A stretch of DNA of 64,000 bases from Flectonema sp. DT1601. Lineage: Eukaryota. The DNA is taken from positions 1,116,001 through 1,180,000 of the forward strand of contig OZ025792.1 in assembly GCA_964019425.1 (NCBI GenBank), written 5' to 3'. The notes under the pieces were generated by a model. The model had not been told where the DNA came from. It made no database searches and was given only the letters and a program-made list of their open reading frames with translations. The number at the start of each line of letters is the position of its first letter. Within the stretch, counting starts at the first letter, position 1. This document shows positions 62,760 through 64,000 of this stretch, piece after piece. Made by a program: the position numbers and the translations under genes.

Positions 62760-63970
62760 AAGAGGATTGAAGTTAAGCTTTCTGGAGGAATCTGGGTTAA
62801 AAATAGGCAGAAAGGCCTGGGATGCCAGAAACTACGTGCCCATAAGTATACGAACCAAAGAAGAGCTGTGCAGTCAAGTGAGAACGAGCTCAAGACAACC
62901 TCGTCTGACTTCAATAGTAGCAAAAAGGCTTCCAGCTCAACATGGAGACTGTTACGTTGCAGAATGTCCTTGGGGACATTTAAATCTATCTATTAAGTCA
63001 GCAGTATTCGAGATGCTATATCAGAATCTACATACCGCCGTATACGTGGGAATGAATATCGTCACCTTGCACTGCGAACTGATATCTGCTCCTACTGCCC
63101 GTGTGGACAGACAATTGGAAAGAAAATTGTCCAAACTACTTAGCAAGTTGAGCCACAGCATGATAACTTATTAACTGTTTGGAATGCTGCACGTGCCAGT
63201 CCGCTGACAATACAACTAATGGCGTCCAATAAAAGTGGCTTACCTGATGGTGTACGACCAGCTGCTATCTCATTATAATGATACAACAGACTTGTTGAGG
63301 TTCATTATCATGTAGAAGAGTTTAAGAGACAGAATGCAGTCTATTCAGAAAACACTTCTGATACGGAGATGATTTAATTATAAAACTTGATTATAAGGAG
63401 CCTTCTCCTTAGGTACCTTGCCACAGGTACCACAAGAGTCATTATCGTAATACTACCAGCATGAGAAGTACAGTTGTCTGGGTGTAATGCATTTCAAGTT
63501 GCACTATGGGACTCGACAGGAACTGACTTTCTAGTGCGATGCATAGTCATATGGAGGGTTATATTGCTATTGAACGCCAGCAACAAATTCAAAGAATGTC
63601 TATTCATAAAATCGAAGTAAGAGGGGAAATCAGATAAGAATATGCGAGGCTTACCCAACGTGTGTGGATTTGTTAATTGTTGAAAGAAAAAAACTTTTTG
63701 ATAATTGCCGCATACAGATCAATTCAAGACCGATGGTAACTCTTCTGAGAGCCACTCAGAGCTCTCGCGATCGGCATGTGATACGTCCGAAGGAAACGCA
63801 AAAAGTGTAGAACACGGTGTTAAAAACTAATAATAATTATCACGTTAAAAATATTATTTCACTGAGGATCCTACCTATTTTCACAATGAAATGTCAGAAT
63901 ATAGATTTAGAGGATGATACTTTTGGCAAGGCTGCATATGTTATGTTTGGGTTTCTCTGTAAGCCACAAG
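62760..63970 (+). pseudogene. Decayed DDD-type transposase, Sola/Zator-like
   Basis: Across frameshifts and stops: RTDICSYC, HVEEFKRQNAVY, DLIIKLDYKEP, LGTLP...YYQHEKYSCLGV, FDNCRIQ, GKAAYVMFG, in the order expected for Sola-type transposases. Confidence 0.5.
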
Positions 63971-64000
63971 CAAAAAATGCAAGATTTCTTTTTTTTTACA

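Overview
AT-rich eukaryotic nuclear DNA, most likely from a euglenozoan (diplonemid-like). This rests on rRNA-fragment signatures, co-oriented intronless genes and trans-splice-like acceptors; the taxon is an inference. The window opens inside an Ingi/I-group LINE (APE end, RT, RNase H, Zn knuckle; 1-3306). Two convergent tRNA-like pseudogenes follow, bracketing a 28S rRNA fragment. The main content is a tandem array of seven minus-strand paralogues. Each encodes a signal peptide, a variable ~300-aa head, a (PTAV/I)n mucin stalk of variable length and a near-invariant 7-TM domain (bodonin/adhesion-receptor-like). The spacers are mosaics of retroelement 3' ends with (CTAA)n-like tails, a MITE-like insertion, a retroposed 18S 3' end with a TSD and a decayed Sola-like transposase. 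The most notable item is a decayed Penelope-like element (53195-54340, minus). Its RT-thumb-like end runs into a Josephin-like Cys-His-Asp protease domain, and its 3' UTR holds a complete hammerhead ribozyme core whose three strands are in a non-circularly permuted order. All calls were made by eye; no searches were run.
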